Assembly: GCA_035276685.1 (NCBI GenBank)
Contig: DATELK010000065.1
Location: forward strand, 10,387-74,386
Reading direction: 5' to 3'
From: Pyrinomonadaceae bacterium
GTDB taxonomy: Bacteria; Acidobacteriota; Blastocatellia; Pyrinomonadales; Pyrinomonadaceae
Length of the DNA: 64,000 nt
This document shows, piece by piece, positions 45,667 to 54,737 of this stretch (its first letter is position 1; every line of letters begins with the position of its first letter). The position numbers and the translations under genes were made by a program. The notes beneath the pieces were generated by a model. It worked only from the letters and a program-made list of their open reading frames with translations, did not search any database and had not been told where the DNA came from.

Positions 45667-46573
45667 TTCCTTCTCTGCTCCACCACTCAATCGTTTCGGC
45701 AAGGCCGTCCGAGAGGCTGTAGGCCGGAGTCCAGCCGACCTCTGTTTTTAGCCGCTCGACATCGGCGACGATAAGCGGCGGCTCAGTCTCAGGCGTGGGC
45801 AGCGCTCCGAGCCTCACAAGCTCGCGCCCGCCTATCTGGTCTGCGATACGGCGTACAATCTCTCTAACCTCTACAGGCTCGCCCGAAGCTATGTTGACCG
45901 CGCCCGACACGTCGCTCTCTAAAAGCGAGACGAAGGCGGAGGCCACATCCTGCACGTGCAGGTAATCCCTGACTTGAGTCCCTGCTGTGCAGGCCACCGT
46001 CTCGCCTCGGAGCAGGCCGCGTATGACGTGCGGCACTAGACGCGCGGGGTGCTCGTGCGGCCCGTAAAGGAAGAAGATTCGTCCCCACGCCGCGCTCACG
46101 TTTAAGCCCCCGGCCGCCGCGTCCAGCATCAAAGAGAGCGCGTGCTTCGACGCACCATACAGCGTTTGAGGCAGAAGCGGCGTACTCTTCTCGGAGCAGA
46201 TGCACTGGCTCCAATCATACTCGGCGCAGGTGCCCGCCATGACCACGCGCTCGCCGCCTGCGCGAGCAAACTGCTGCAACAAATCGAGGCTCGCCTGAAC
46301 CCACGCGAGATTCTCAAGGGCCGTCCAGTACTTGCCCGGCACAGCGTACCATGCAAGGTGCAGCAGAGAGTCGGGCCGCACGCGCGCCAGAAGCTCAGAG
46401 ACCTCCGAAGGATTGAGCAGGTCTGCGCGGTGCCACGTGACCTCTTTTGAAAGACCTTCGGGCGGTAAGCTCCTTGAGACGGCGTGGACTTCCACCAGTT
46501 CACGCGAGGCGAGCTGTGGCAGAGCGTGCCTGCCTATAAACCCGCCCGCGCCTGTCACCAAGACTCTCTTCAT
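45662..46573 (-). CDS. NAD(P)-dependent sugar epimerase/reductase (SDR), probable terminal 4-ketoreductase of the CDP-sugar module
   Basis: MKRVLVTGAGGFIGRHAL, YGASKHALSLML (YxxxK). ATGA overlap with the upstream epimerase gene. Confidence 0.7.
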   Translation of the reverse strand: MKRVLVTGAGGFIGRHALPQLASRELVEVHAVSRSLPPEGLSKEVTWHRADLLNPSEVSELLARVRPDSLLHLAWYAVPGKYWTALENLAWVQASLDLLQQFARAGGERVVMAGTCAEYDWSQCICSEKSTPLLPQTLYGASKHALSLMLDAAAGGLNVSAAWGRIFFLYGPHEHPARLVPHVIRGLLRGETVACTAGTQVRDYLHVQDVASAFVSLLESDVSGAVNIASGEPVEVREIVRRIADQIGGRELVRLGALPTPETEPPLIVADVERLKTEVGWTPAYSLSDGLAETIEWWSREGN

Positions 46574-47100
46574 CCTGCGAAGTCCGGGAAGCTCTCATCG
46601 CGCTCAGACATGACGCGCTCCGCTATGGGCCAGCGAAAGTCGAAGCCGGGGTCGTTCCAGCGAACGCCACGCGCGTACTCCGGCTGGTAGAGTGCTGAAA
46701 TCTGGTACAGCACCTCCGTCTCGTCTTCCAGAGTCTGAAAGCCGTGCGCGAATCCCTCCGGTATGTAGAGCATGCGGAAGTTCGAGGCCGTCAATTCCAC
46801 GGCGAACCATTTTTTGAAAGTCTCGGACGCGGGCCTGAGGTCAACAATCAGGTCGTAGAGAGCGCCGCGAGCGCACCTGACGAGCTTCGCCTCCTCGAAG
46901 GGCGCGGCCTGATAATGAAGCCCTCGCAGCGTCCCGCGCTTGAGATTGAAAGAGGTGCTGCACTGCTCCAGATGCTGATTGAGGCCGTGCGCCTCGAACT
47001 CCTCGCGGCACCACGTTCGCGCAAAGTAGCCGCGCTCGTCCCTGTGCGGCTCCATCTCTATGACGTAAGCTCCCTTCAAAGGAGTCTCTGTGAACTTCAA
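46570..47100 (-). CDS. NDP-4-keto-6-deoxyhexose 3,5-epimerase (RmlC family)
   Basis: LKFTETPLKGAYVIEMEPHRDERGYFARTW ... RGLHYQ ... IPEGFAHGF. A TTG at 47100 overlaps the upstream TGA (TTGA) and gives a typical 176-aa RmlC. The track ORF extends to 47196. Confidence 0.8.
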   Translation of the reverse strand: MKFTETPLKGAYVIEMEPHRDERGYFARTWCREEFEAHGLNQHLEQCSTSFNLKRGTLRGLHYQAAPFEEAKLVRCARGALYDLIVDLRPASETFKKWFAVELTASNFRMLYIPEGFAHGFQTLEDETEVLYQISALYQPEYARGVRWNDPGFDFRWPIAERVMSERDESFPDFAG

Positions 47101-48332
47101 GCTATAACCTCTACCTGCGGGATGGGCACGACGAAGCGTGCGCCCCACTCGCGCGCGTAAGTACTCTGCGCCATTATCTCTTCGCGCAGGTTCCAAGGCA
47201 GTATCAGCACGTAATCCGGCCGCGTCTCTTTCAATTTGTCAGGGTGATGTATGGGGATGCGCGTGCCGGGCAGGTATCGCCCCTGCTTGTGCGGGCTAGC
47301 GTCCACCGTGTACTCGATGAAGTCGGTGCGTATGCCGCAATAGTTCAGGAGCGTGTTGCCCTTGGCGGGCGCGCCGTAAGCCGCAACGCGCTTGCCCTCG
47401 CGCCGCGCCCCTATCAGAAAGGTAAGGAGCGAGCGCTTCGTCTCTTCCACCTGCGCGGAGAAGCCCAAGTATGTCTCAAGTCTTCGCGTGCCAAATGAAA
47501 GCTCGCGCTCTTTAAGCTCATCAACACGCTCCGAGAGAGGCTTGCTCTCATCCTCCATGTGGCGCGCGTAGATTCTGAGCGAGCCGCCGTGCGTCTCAAG
47601 CTCTTCGACATCAAACAGCGTCAGGCCGTGACGCGCGAAGACCTCTTCGACCGTGAGGAAAGAGAAGTAAGAGAAGTGCTCGTGATAGATGGTGTCGAAC
47701 TGGTTGCCCTCCATGAGCCGCATCAGGTGCGGGAACTCCATGGTGACGACGCCCTGCGGCTTCAGCAGAATCTTCAGCCCTTCCACGAAATCGTTGAGCG
47801 CGGGCACGTGCGCCAGCACGTTGTTGCCTAGCAGAAGGTCTGCTTGCTTGCCTTCCGCCGCGAGCCTCGTAGCTAGCTGGCTCCCGAAGAACTCAGTGAT
47901 GGTCGGCACTCCCTTTTCTTCGGCCACGCGCGCGACGTTCGCCGCAGGCTCTATGCCGAGCGAAGGCACGCCGCCGTTTACGAAGTATTGCAGGAGGTAG
48001 CCGTCGTTGCTCGCTATCTCGACGACGCGGCTCTCCGCGTTCAGACGGAAGCACTCTCGCATCTGCTCCGTATACTTCCTGGCGTGTCTCAGCCACGACT
48101 CGGAATAGGATGAGAAGTAGGCGTAATCCTGAAAGATGTGCTCGGGGCTTTCGAACTCTTCCAACTGTACTAGGAAGCAGCGGTGGCAGACGTAGGCGTG
48201 AAGCGGATAGAAGGGCTCCATGCGGCTCAACTGCTCCGGCGCGAGGTAAGAGTTGGAGAGAGGCGAGACACCTAAGTCAACAAAGGTGTGCTGTAGCTCC
48301 GTGCCGCAGAAACGGCAGACTGATTGACTCAT
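47097..48332 (-). CDS. NDP-hexose C-methyltransferase (TylCIII-like, N-terminal Zn ribbon + SAM MTase + C-terminal domain)
   Basis: [30 protein letters not shown] is the hallmark N-terminus of sugar C3-methyltransferases. VVEIASNDGYLL is the SAM motif. Confidence 0.75.
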   Translation of the reverse strand: MSQSVCRFCGTELQHTFVDLGVSPLSNSYLAPEQLSRMEPFYPLHAYVCHRCFLVQLEEFESPEHIFQDYAYFSSYSESWLRHARKYTEQMRECFRLNAESRVVEIASNDGYLLQYFVNGGVPSLGIEPAANVARVAEEKGVPTITEFFGSQLATRLAAEGKQADLLLGNNVLAHVPALNDFVEGLKILLKPQGVVTMEFPHLMRLMEGNQFDTIYHEHFSYFSFLTVEEVFARHGLTLFDVEELETHGGSLRIYARHMEDESKPLSERVDELKERELSFGTRRLETYLGFSAQVEETKRSLLTFLIGARREGKRVAAYGAPAKGNTLLNYCGIRTDFIEYTVDASPHKQGRYLPGTRIPIHHPDKLKETRPDYVLILPWNLREEIMAQSTYAREWGARFVVPIPQVEVIA

Positions 48333-49426
48333 AGCCCTTCCCCTTCCTCTACGGAATCCTGAAAGGCTCGAATCTGCTCAAGCGAGAAGGCCTGCACGTC
48401 CTCGCCGTTCTGATAAGCCCTGTACCAGTTGACAGTCTCTTTCAAAGTCCTCTCCAAGGGCCAGCGCGGCCGCCACTCAAGATGCGTGCGCGCCTTGGAG
48501 CAATCAAGCTTCAGGTAGTGCGCCTCGTGCGGGTGCAGGTTTTTATCAATCGCCCACGCAGCCTTGCCCTCTCTCGAAGACCAAAGCTCGGACAGGCGGC
48601 GGACGACGTGCTCCACCGTCTGCGCGTCCTCTTCGCGCGGCCCGAAGTTCCAGCCCTCACTGTAAGCCGCCGCGTCCTCGCAGAGCTTTTCGCAGAGCAG
48701 CAGGTAGCCGTGAAGCGGGTCGAGCACGTGCTGCCACGGGCGCACCGCGCGGGGGCTTCGTATAGCCACCTCGCGCCCCTCCATCCAGCTCTTGATGATG
48801 TCAGGCACGAGCCTGTCCTCGGCCCAGTCGCCGCCGCCCAGCACGTTGCCCGCGCGTGCCGATGCGACCGCAGTCGTGCCCTTCTCTCCCGATTGAAAGA
48901 AGGAGCTTCGCATGGCGGAGGTGACAAGCTCCGCGCAGCCCTTGCTTGAGGAGTAAGGGTCGTGGCCGCCCATGCTTTCGGTTTCTCTGTAGCCCCAGAC
49001 CCACTCACGATTTTCGTAGCACTTGTCGCTCGTGACCACGACCACTGCCCTCACAAAATCGGAGCCCGAGCGACGCACGGCCTCAAGCACGTTGACCGTG
49101 CCCATCACGTTCGTCCCGTAGGTCTCAACCGGATTAGCATAGGAGCGGCGCACGAGCGACTGCGCGGCCATGTGTATGATGATTTCGGGACGGCGGCTCT
49201 CAATCAACTGGCTCACGCGCTCGAAGTCGCGCACGTCGCCCGTCACGGACTCCACCTGCTCACTTATGCGCGCCAGTTGAAAGAGGCTAGGCGTAGTCGG
49301 AGGCTCAAGCGCGTAGCCCGTGACACGCGCTCCCATCTCCGCCAGCCAGAGCGAGAGCCAGCTTCCCTTAAAGCCCGTGTGCCCCGTCAAGAGGACTCTT
49401 TTATCTCTCCAGAATTCGGGTCTCAT
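48329..49426 (-). CDS. rfbG: CDP-glucose 4,6-dehydratase
   Basis: [52 protein letters not shown] 49426 forms an ATGA overlap with the rfbF stop. Confidence 0.85.
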   Translation of the reverse strand: MRPEFWRDKRVLLTGHTGFKGSWLSLWLAEMGARVTGYALEPPTTPSLFQLARISEQVESVTGDVRDFERVSQLIESRRPEIIIHMAAQSLVRRSYANPVETYGTNVMGTVNVLEAVRRSGSDFVRAVVVVTSDKCYENREWVWGYRETESMGGHDPYSSSKGCAELVTSAMRSSFFQSGEKGTTAVASARAGNVLGGGDWAEDRLVPDIIKSWMEGREVAIRSPRAVRPWQHVLDPLHGYLLLCEKLCEDAAAYSEGWNFGPREEDAQTVEHVVRRLSELWSSREGKAAWAIDKNLHPHEAHYLKLDCSKARTHLEWRPRWPLERTLKETVNWYRAYQNGEDVQAFSLEQIRAFQDSVEEGEGL

Positions 49427-50196
49427 TCCCAGACCTTCCAGGGCGCTTTCCCGGTGGCCCATAGCTCTTCCAGTTGATGCTTGTCGCGCAAAGTATCCAT
49501 GGGCTGCCAGAAGCCCTTATGAAAAAAGGTCGAGAGCTGGCCCTCGGATGCAAGCCTCTCCATGGGCTCCTGCTCCCAGACCGTCTGGTCGCCCTCTATG
49601 TAATCAATGACCTTGGGCGAGAGGATGAAGAAGCCGCCGTTTATCCAGCCGTCGCCCGAAGGCTTTTCACGAAAGCTCGTGACGCGGCTTCCGTCAACGA
49701 CGAGCGCGCCGAAGCGTCCCGGCGGCTGGACGGCCGTCACGGTCGCCAAAGTCTTCTGCGCTTTGTGAAACTCTACGAGCGCGCCTATGTCTATGTCGGC
49801 CAGCCCGTCGCCGTAGGTGAAGCAGAAGTCCGCATCATCAAGATAATTTCGCACGCGCTTGAGACGCCCGCCCGTCATCGTCTCCGCGCCCGTGTCAACG
49901 AGCGTGACTCTCCACGGCTCGGCGTAGTTCTGATGCACGCGCATCTCGTTGCGCTCTATGTCGAAGGTGATGTCGGACATGTGCAGGAAGTAGTTGGCGA
50001 AGTACTCCTTGATGATGTAGCCCTTGTAGCCGCAGCAGATGATGAAGTCGTGTATGCCGTGCGCGGAATAGGTCTTCATGATGTGCCAGAGGATAGGCTT
50101 GCCGCCAATCTCCACCATGGGCTTGGGCTTCATGCTGGTCTCTTCGCTGAGGCGGCTTCCCATGCCGCCCGCCAGGATAACGGCTTTCATGCTCAT
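49423..50196 (-). CDS. rfbF: Glucose-1-phosphate cytidylyltransferase
   Basis: [64 protein letters not shown]. Canonical RfbF. Confidence 0.9.
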   Translation of the reverse strand: MSMKAVILAGGMGSRLSEETSMKPKPMVEIGGKPILWHIMKTYSAHGIHDFIICCGYKGYIIKEYFANYFLHMSDITFDIERNEMRVHQNYAEPWRVTLVDTGAETMTGGRLKRVRNYLDDADFCFTYGDGLADIDIGALVEFHKAQKTLATVTAVQPPGRFGALVVDGSRVTSFREKPSGDGWINGGFFILSPKVIDYIEGDQTVWEQEPMERLASEGQLSTFFHKGFWQPMDTLRDKHQLEELWATGKAPWKVWE

Positions 50197-50945
50197 CTCT
50201 CTAATTGCGCGCTCTCGTCTTCAAAATCATCCGGCAGGTCTGGCCGCGTCTTCTGCTCTACAAGGAACCGGTCGTCCTCGCTCAGGGGCTTTATAGGCTT
50301 TGCAGGCACGCCCGCTATCAGGTAGTACTCGCCCGTCAGTTGCCCTGTGACGACAGCGCCGATGCCTACGATGCAGCGCGAGGGAATCCGGCTCCCGGGC
50401 GCGACTCTTATCTCCGAGCCTATGTAAGTGAAAGAGCCAATCTCTATGGGGCGCGTCCTCTGACGGTTGTGCGTCCAGAGCGACGAGTTGCGCCCGCCCA
50501 GGATTGTACGGCGTCCAATCTCCACGCGGTCTGTGAAATCAATCTTGTGGCCCGTGGTGACGATGCTCGCGTCGCCGAGCAGAAAGCGCGGCTCAAGCTT
50601 ATTGACGGCGATGGGCTCGGGGATGGAGTTAATCTCGTTGAGACGGATTATCTCGGAATAGCGGCCGAGCCTGACTTCTTCGCCGCCGCGTATGATGTTG
50701 AGATGGCCTATGCGCGCGTGGTCTCCTATAGAAAGCTTTTCCACCCCTATGACAAGATTCAGGTGGCCTATGCGAACGTCGTCCTCAATCGTGCAGTTGC
50801 GAGCGTCTATGATGCTGAAGCCGATGCGGACGCGCTTGCCAATGCTATAACCGAAGAAGAGGCGATAGCAAATACGCTTGAGGAACGAGGGCAATACCGC
50901 TATCCCGGCCAAGCCAAGCAGCCGGAACTTACCTGTTCGATGCAT
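50193..50945 (-). CDS. Left-handed beta-helix (hexapeptide-repeat) acyl/acetyltransferase
   Basis: Repeated [LIV]G..x motifs ([38 protein letters not shown]; [21 protein letters not shown]). N-terminal hydrophobic segment. Confidence 0.75.
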   Translation of the reverse strand: MHRTGKFRLLGLAGIAVLPSFLKRICYRLFFGYSIGKRVRIGFSIIDARNCTIEDDVRIGHLNLVIGVEKLSIGDHARIGHLNIIRGGEEVRLGRYSEIIRLNEINSIPEPIAVNKLEPRFLLGDASIVTTGHKIDFTDRVEIGRRTILGGRNSSLWTHNRQRTRPIEIGSFTYIGSEIRVAPGSRIPSRCIVGIGAVVTGQLTGEYYLIAGVPAKPIKPLSEDDRFLVEQKTRPDLPDDFEDESAQLER

Positions 50946-51007
50946 TCAAAGCCCGCCATTCTGGCCATAGAGATTAAAAAGCAAGTCATTCAGTATATAA
51001 CGGATTC

Positions 51008-51088
51008 TAACAGGGATGGACAGGATAGACAGGATGAAAGTGAAAGCTATTTCTTCTTTATCCTGTTCATCCTGTCCATCCCTGTTAA
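51008..51088. repeat. CAGGAT-hairpin repeat, copy C
   Basis: TAACAGGGATGGACAGGATAGACAGGATGAAAG ... TTTATCCTGTTCATCCTGTCCATCCCTGTTAA. It supplies the TAA stop of 51085..52296. Confidence 0.85.
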
Positions 51089-52296
51089 TTCGTTTCTTTT
51101 ATGCGCTCGTAGACGCTTCTGTACCGTGTGCCGCCGACGCCCACGAGGTCGAAGTTGCGGCGCGCGGCATCAAGAGAGCGCTCCTTTATATCCGCTTCCG
51201 ACGCAAGAGCGAGCGCGCGGCGCGCGGCCTCCCTGTAAGCGTCCGCGTCAAGCTCTTCAACGACGACGCCCACGCGCTCCTGTTCCAGCATCTCGTCCAT
51301 GTCGCCCACGCCCGCGTTGCAGACTACTACGAGCCCGGCTGCGAGGTACTCGGCAATCTTCGTGGGCGAGGCGGCAATCTGTGAAAAGGCAGGCTTGCGA
51401 AAGGAGAGCCCGAGGCGTGCGCGGCGAAGGTGTCGCGGCACTTCAGCGGGCGCGACCGCGCCTATATGGAAATCGTCAGGCTTCAGGCCTACGCTTTCGA
51501 GTCGCGCGGCAGCCTCCTTCGGCTCCGAAGCGGTCATGATGTTAAGAAAGGCTTCGGGTCTCTCTGCGCGCACGGCCAGAAAGAAGCGGCCCATCTCTTC
51601 CAGCAGGTAAAGCCCCGTCACGCTTCCGGCGTAAGTGACTACGAAGCGCTCTTCCGGTTCGGGCTGAAGCTCCTGCCCGTTCTGCGCGAAGCGCGAGAAG
51701 TCCACGCAGCATGGAATCACTTCTATCTCGTCTGCGCTAGCAAGCTTCTGCTCCACGAGCCAGTCCTTCATGCGGCGCGTCAGCACTACAAGTTGGTCTG
51801 CCCTCTTTATCCCTGCACGCTCCAGCCGCTTTACCATTCGAAACGGCAGAGAGCCTTCGGCCCAGACCTGCGCGTCGGCGTACTCTTCCGCCACTAGCCC
51901 GCGTATGTCGAAGATAAGACGGCAGCGCGTGACCCTGTGTGCCAAGAGCGCCATCGCCATAGCTATGTGCGCCCGCGCGTGCAGCACGTCAATCCTGTGA
52001 CGCTGAATCAGCCGCACGGCCGCCCACGCGCCCATCAGCACGTCGTAGGCAGTCGCGGGCATGGACGGCCGCTTGTGATACGGCAGTGAGAGCCAGCGTA
52101 TGCCCTGCTCCATTAGCCTCGCGCGCTCTGCTTTAAGCTCCTCGTCGTTCCATCGCTCCTTCATACGCGGCTCGAAGGTCAGCAGGTAGACTTCAATTCC
52201 AGCGCCTGCCAGTTGTCGCAGGTAAGGCAGCACCTGCGTCTGAACCAGCGGCTCGCGCAGACCGAAATAGCAGAGGTATAGCGTGCGGATTCCCAT
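51085..52296 (-). CDS. Glycosyltransferase family 4
   Basis: GT-B architecture; C-terminal FSQIAASPTKIAEYLAAGLVVVCNAGVGD. Flanked on both sides by CAGGAT-hairpin repeats. Confidence 0.75.
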   Translation of the reverse strand: MGIRTLYLCYFGLREPLVQTQVLPYLRQLAGAGIEVYLLTFEPRMKERWNDEELKAERARLMEQGIRWLSLPYHKRPSMPATAYDVLMGAWAAVRLIQRHRIDVLHARAHIAMAMALLAHRVTRCRLIFDIRGLVAEEYADAQVWAEGSLPFRMVKRLERAGIKRADQLVVLTRRMKDWLVEQKLASADEIEVIPCCVDFSRFAQNGQELQPEPEERFVVTYAGSVTGLYLLEEMGRFFLAVRAERPEAFLNIMTASEPKEAAARLESVGLKPDDFHIGAVAPAEVPRHLRRARLGLSFRKPAFSQIAASPTKIAEYLAAGLVVVCNAGVGDMDEMLEQERVGVVVEELDADAYREAARRALALASEADIKERSLDAARRNFDLVGVGGTRYRSVYERIKETN

Positions 52297-52310
52297 CTAA
52301 AGCGTATTCA

Positions 52311-52389
52311 AACAGGGATGTGCAGGATGAACAGGATAAAGAAGAGATGCTTTATCTTTTATCCTGCCTATCCTGTCCATCCCTGTTAA
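52311..52389. repeat. CAGGAT-hairpin repeat, copy D
   Basis: AACAGGGATGTGCAGGATGAACAGGATAAAGAAGA ... TTTTATCCTGCCTATCCTGTCCATCCCTGTTAA. The last 13 codons of 52352..53383 (EINRDGQDRQDKR) are read from this repeat. Confidence 0.85.
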
Positions 52390-53383
52390 TTTCTTCTTCT
52401 CTTTTGCGGCCGACCAGATTCAGGCCGGGATTGCCGAGGCGTCTAAGCTCCTGTATGCCTGAGCCTGAGAGAGCGTGCTCGGCTTCCTGTAGAGTCTGCG
52501 GCTGGTCATACTGCGGCGCGAGCATATCAAACGTGTCCAGTATGGCCCAGTGATAGCGCTGCCTCCATGATAGAGAACGCTCGTCAACGTAATTTGCGAC
52601 CGGGATAGCGAACTTGAAAAACTTTCCAAGCTTCGGGATGCGAAAGGTGACTTCCGTGATGGGGAACACGACGGGCATCACGGCCTTGATAAGCCCCAGC
52701 AGCACGCGGTCGTTGAGCCTCTTCGTCAGAGGCCTTATCAGGTACTTGCTGTAAAGGAGCGTCCAGGGCTTTCGCTCGTAAATCGTGACGGCAATCTCTC
52801 CGTCCTGCTTAAGCACGCGCGGCAGAGCCTGCATGGCCCTGTGCGGGTCAGGCGTGTGTTGAAGCACGCCTATGCAGTAGCAGCCGTCAAAGGCTCCCGT
52901 GCGAAAGGGAAGCTCAAAGATGCTGGCCTGAACAAAATGCACGTTCTTTCGTCCCTTGAGCGTCTTCTGCGCGGCTTCTATGGCGCTGCTGATGTCTAGG
53001 CCGACCGCCTCGCAGTCCGCCTTGGAGATAACGTCTAGAAAGCGCCCGGCACCGCAGCCCGCGTCCAGAATCCACTTGCCCTTGAGCGACTCTCTGGTCC
53101 AGCCCGTCTCCGAATAGAGCCTCTCTTCCGAGAGCGATGTGCCGTTGATGGAATCAATCTGCTCGGACTTGAACAGGTTCCACTGGTAGCCGAACGACGA
53201 CGCGTAGTTATCCTTGGGCACGAAGCGCGGAATGCCAAGCTCTATGGGATAGACCGCTGAGCAGCCCGCGCAAGAGAGGCTGCCCTCAAGCACCTCGCCG
53301 TCATCGCTCGTCTTTTCCGTCTTGCAAGATAGTTCGCCCTGACACTTGGGGCAGGCCAGAACTTCCAACAATTTCATCTGCAT
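52352..53383 (-). CDS. Class I SAM-dependent methyltransferase with N-terminal Trm112-like zinc ribbon
   Basis: LLEVLACPKCQGELSC ... LSCAGCSAVYPIELGIPRFVP, then ILDAGCGAGRFLDV. Paralogue of 26609..27781. The C-terminal tail is repeat-derived. Confidence 0.8.
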   Translation of the reverse strand: MQMKLLEVLACPKCQGELSCKTEKTSDDGEVLEGSLSCAGCSAVYPIELGIPRFVPKDNYASSFGYQWNLFKSEQIDSINGTSLSEERLYSETGWTRESLKGKWILDAGCGAGRFLDVISKADCEAVGLDISSAIEAAQKTLKGRKNVHFVQASIFELPFRTGAFDGCYCIGVLQHTPDPHRAMQALPRVLKQDGEIAVTIYERKPWTLLYSKYLIRPLTKRLNDRVLLGLIKAVMPVVFPITEVTFRIPKLGKFFKFAIPVANYVDERSLSWRQRYHWAILDTFDMLAPQYDQPQTLQEAEHALSGSGIQELRRLGNPGLNLVGRKREEEINRDGQDRQDKR

Positions 53384-53435
53384 AATTGATTCTTCTTCTA
53401 AACCGGGGCTGTGAGAACTACTCGCTCATCAGAGG

Positions 53436-54719
53436 CTATTTAATGAGCCGGGAAAGATACTGTTCCAGAACCCGCGTCTGCTCTTCTCTTGAGAATTCTT
53501 CGACCTTTTGCCTGACGGAAAACGCTATACGTCCCCGTGCCTGCTTCTCCTTTATCCACTCTCTCAGGCGCTCCGCGATTTGATTAACGTCGCTTGTCAC
53601 AAGCCCGAGCCCACGGCTTTCGATTAACTCGGCCGCCACGTCGCCCGAGGGGCCCACGGCCAGTATGGGACGGCCCGCCCCTATGTACTCGAAAAGCTTT
53701 CCAGTATATACGCCTTTGTGCTCGGGGTCATTCCAGAGAAGCAGCAGAAGCACGTCCGCCTCCGTCTGCATCCGAAGCGATTGCCTATAAGGAACAGGGT
53801 CGTTAACCTCGACGACCTGCTCTACGCCGTGCTCGTCAACCAGTTCCCTCACCCGCTGTAGGAACGAGCCGTAGAAGGCGACCTCCACCTTCTTCATCTC
53901 CCCGCCAAGCTCTTTCAAAGCGGCGAAGAGCGGCGAAGGGTCTTGCCTTCCCTCGTAGACTACGCCCGTGTATAGAATCCTGACCGGCTCGTTCGCGGAA
54001 GACGTGCGCTCGTCTCTTACAGGATAGTCGGACGGGTCGAAGCCGTTCATCACTATGACGGGCTCTCTCTTATATTTCGTCCTGAGCGTAGCGGCCAGAG
54101 GCTCAGAGACGGTGACGAGCCCTGCCGCAGAACCTAGCACGCTTCTCTCCAACCTTCTCTCCACACGCTCGCGCAGGCGAGGCTGGTCATAGTACTGGTG
54201 GTCGACCCACAGGTCTCTCAAATCCGCCACCCACGGCACGCGGTACTTCTTAGCCAGATGTCGTGCGACCAAAAGCGTAGAGGGCGGCGGAGAGCTTGCC
54301 AATATAATGTCTGGCCGCCAGTCCTTTAAGAAATGCGCGGCGCTTCTGACGGCGTAAGGGAACCAGCCTATGTTGGCGTCAGGGAAATAGACGAAGGTTC
54401 TGAGCGCGAACCTGACTCCGCTCTTAAGGGCAGAGCCTAAGCCGCTCTGTCGGACAGCAGCCTTTTCACCGCTCTTCACAGCAGAAGGCGCGTCTTTCGA
54501 GACGACTTCGACGGGCTTTCGCACGTTGAGCCAGCGCGTGTAGACGACTCTCTCTTCTGGAATCTCAAGCGGCAGAGTTCGCGGGAAGGGTTGGTCTTGC
54601 GCGGCAATCACCCGCACGTCGTGACCGGCCTTGAGTAGATACTTGGCCGTCTTTCCGACGCGCACGCCGCCGATGCTGTTAAAGGGCGGGAAGGCATAAG
54701 AGACTATCAAAATCCGCAT
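53436..54719 (-). CDS. Glycosyltransferase family 4
   Basis: MRILIVSYAFPPFNSIGGVRVGKTAKYLLKAGHDVRVI (GT-B N-terminal domain). Confidence 0.8.
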   Translation of the reverse strand: MRILIVSYAFPPFNSIGGVRVGKTAKYLLKAGHDVRVIAAQDQPFPRTLPLEIPEERVVYTRWLNVRKPVEVVSKDAPSAVKSGEKAAVRQSGLGSALKSGVRFALRTFVYFPDANIGWFPYAVRSAAHFLKDWRPDIILASSPPPSTLLVARHLAKKYRVPWVADLRDLWVDHQYYDQPRLRERVERRLERSVLGSAAGLVTVSEPLAATLRTKYKREPVIVMNGFDPSDYPVRDERTSSANEPVRILYTGVVYEGRQDPSPLFAALKELGGEMKKVEVAFYGSFLQRVRELVDEHGVEQVVEVNDPVPYRQSLRMQTEADVLLLLLWNDPEHKGVYTGKLFEYIGAGRPILAVGPSGDVAAELIESRGLGLVTSDVNQIAERLREWIKEKQARGRIAFSVRQKVEEFSREEQTRVLEQYLSRLIK

Positions 54720-54737
54720 GCTGAGAGAGGGAGACCT

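Noticed and set aside
50205-51539. 444-aa plus-strand ORF, one of the longest in the track
   Set aside because: It is antisense to the well-supported LbH acyltransferase and GT4 genes and runs straight through CAGGAT-hairpin copy C. Its composition is extreme Arg/Ala/Pro, typical of shadow ORFs in GC-rich DNA, and it has no recognisable motif.
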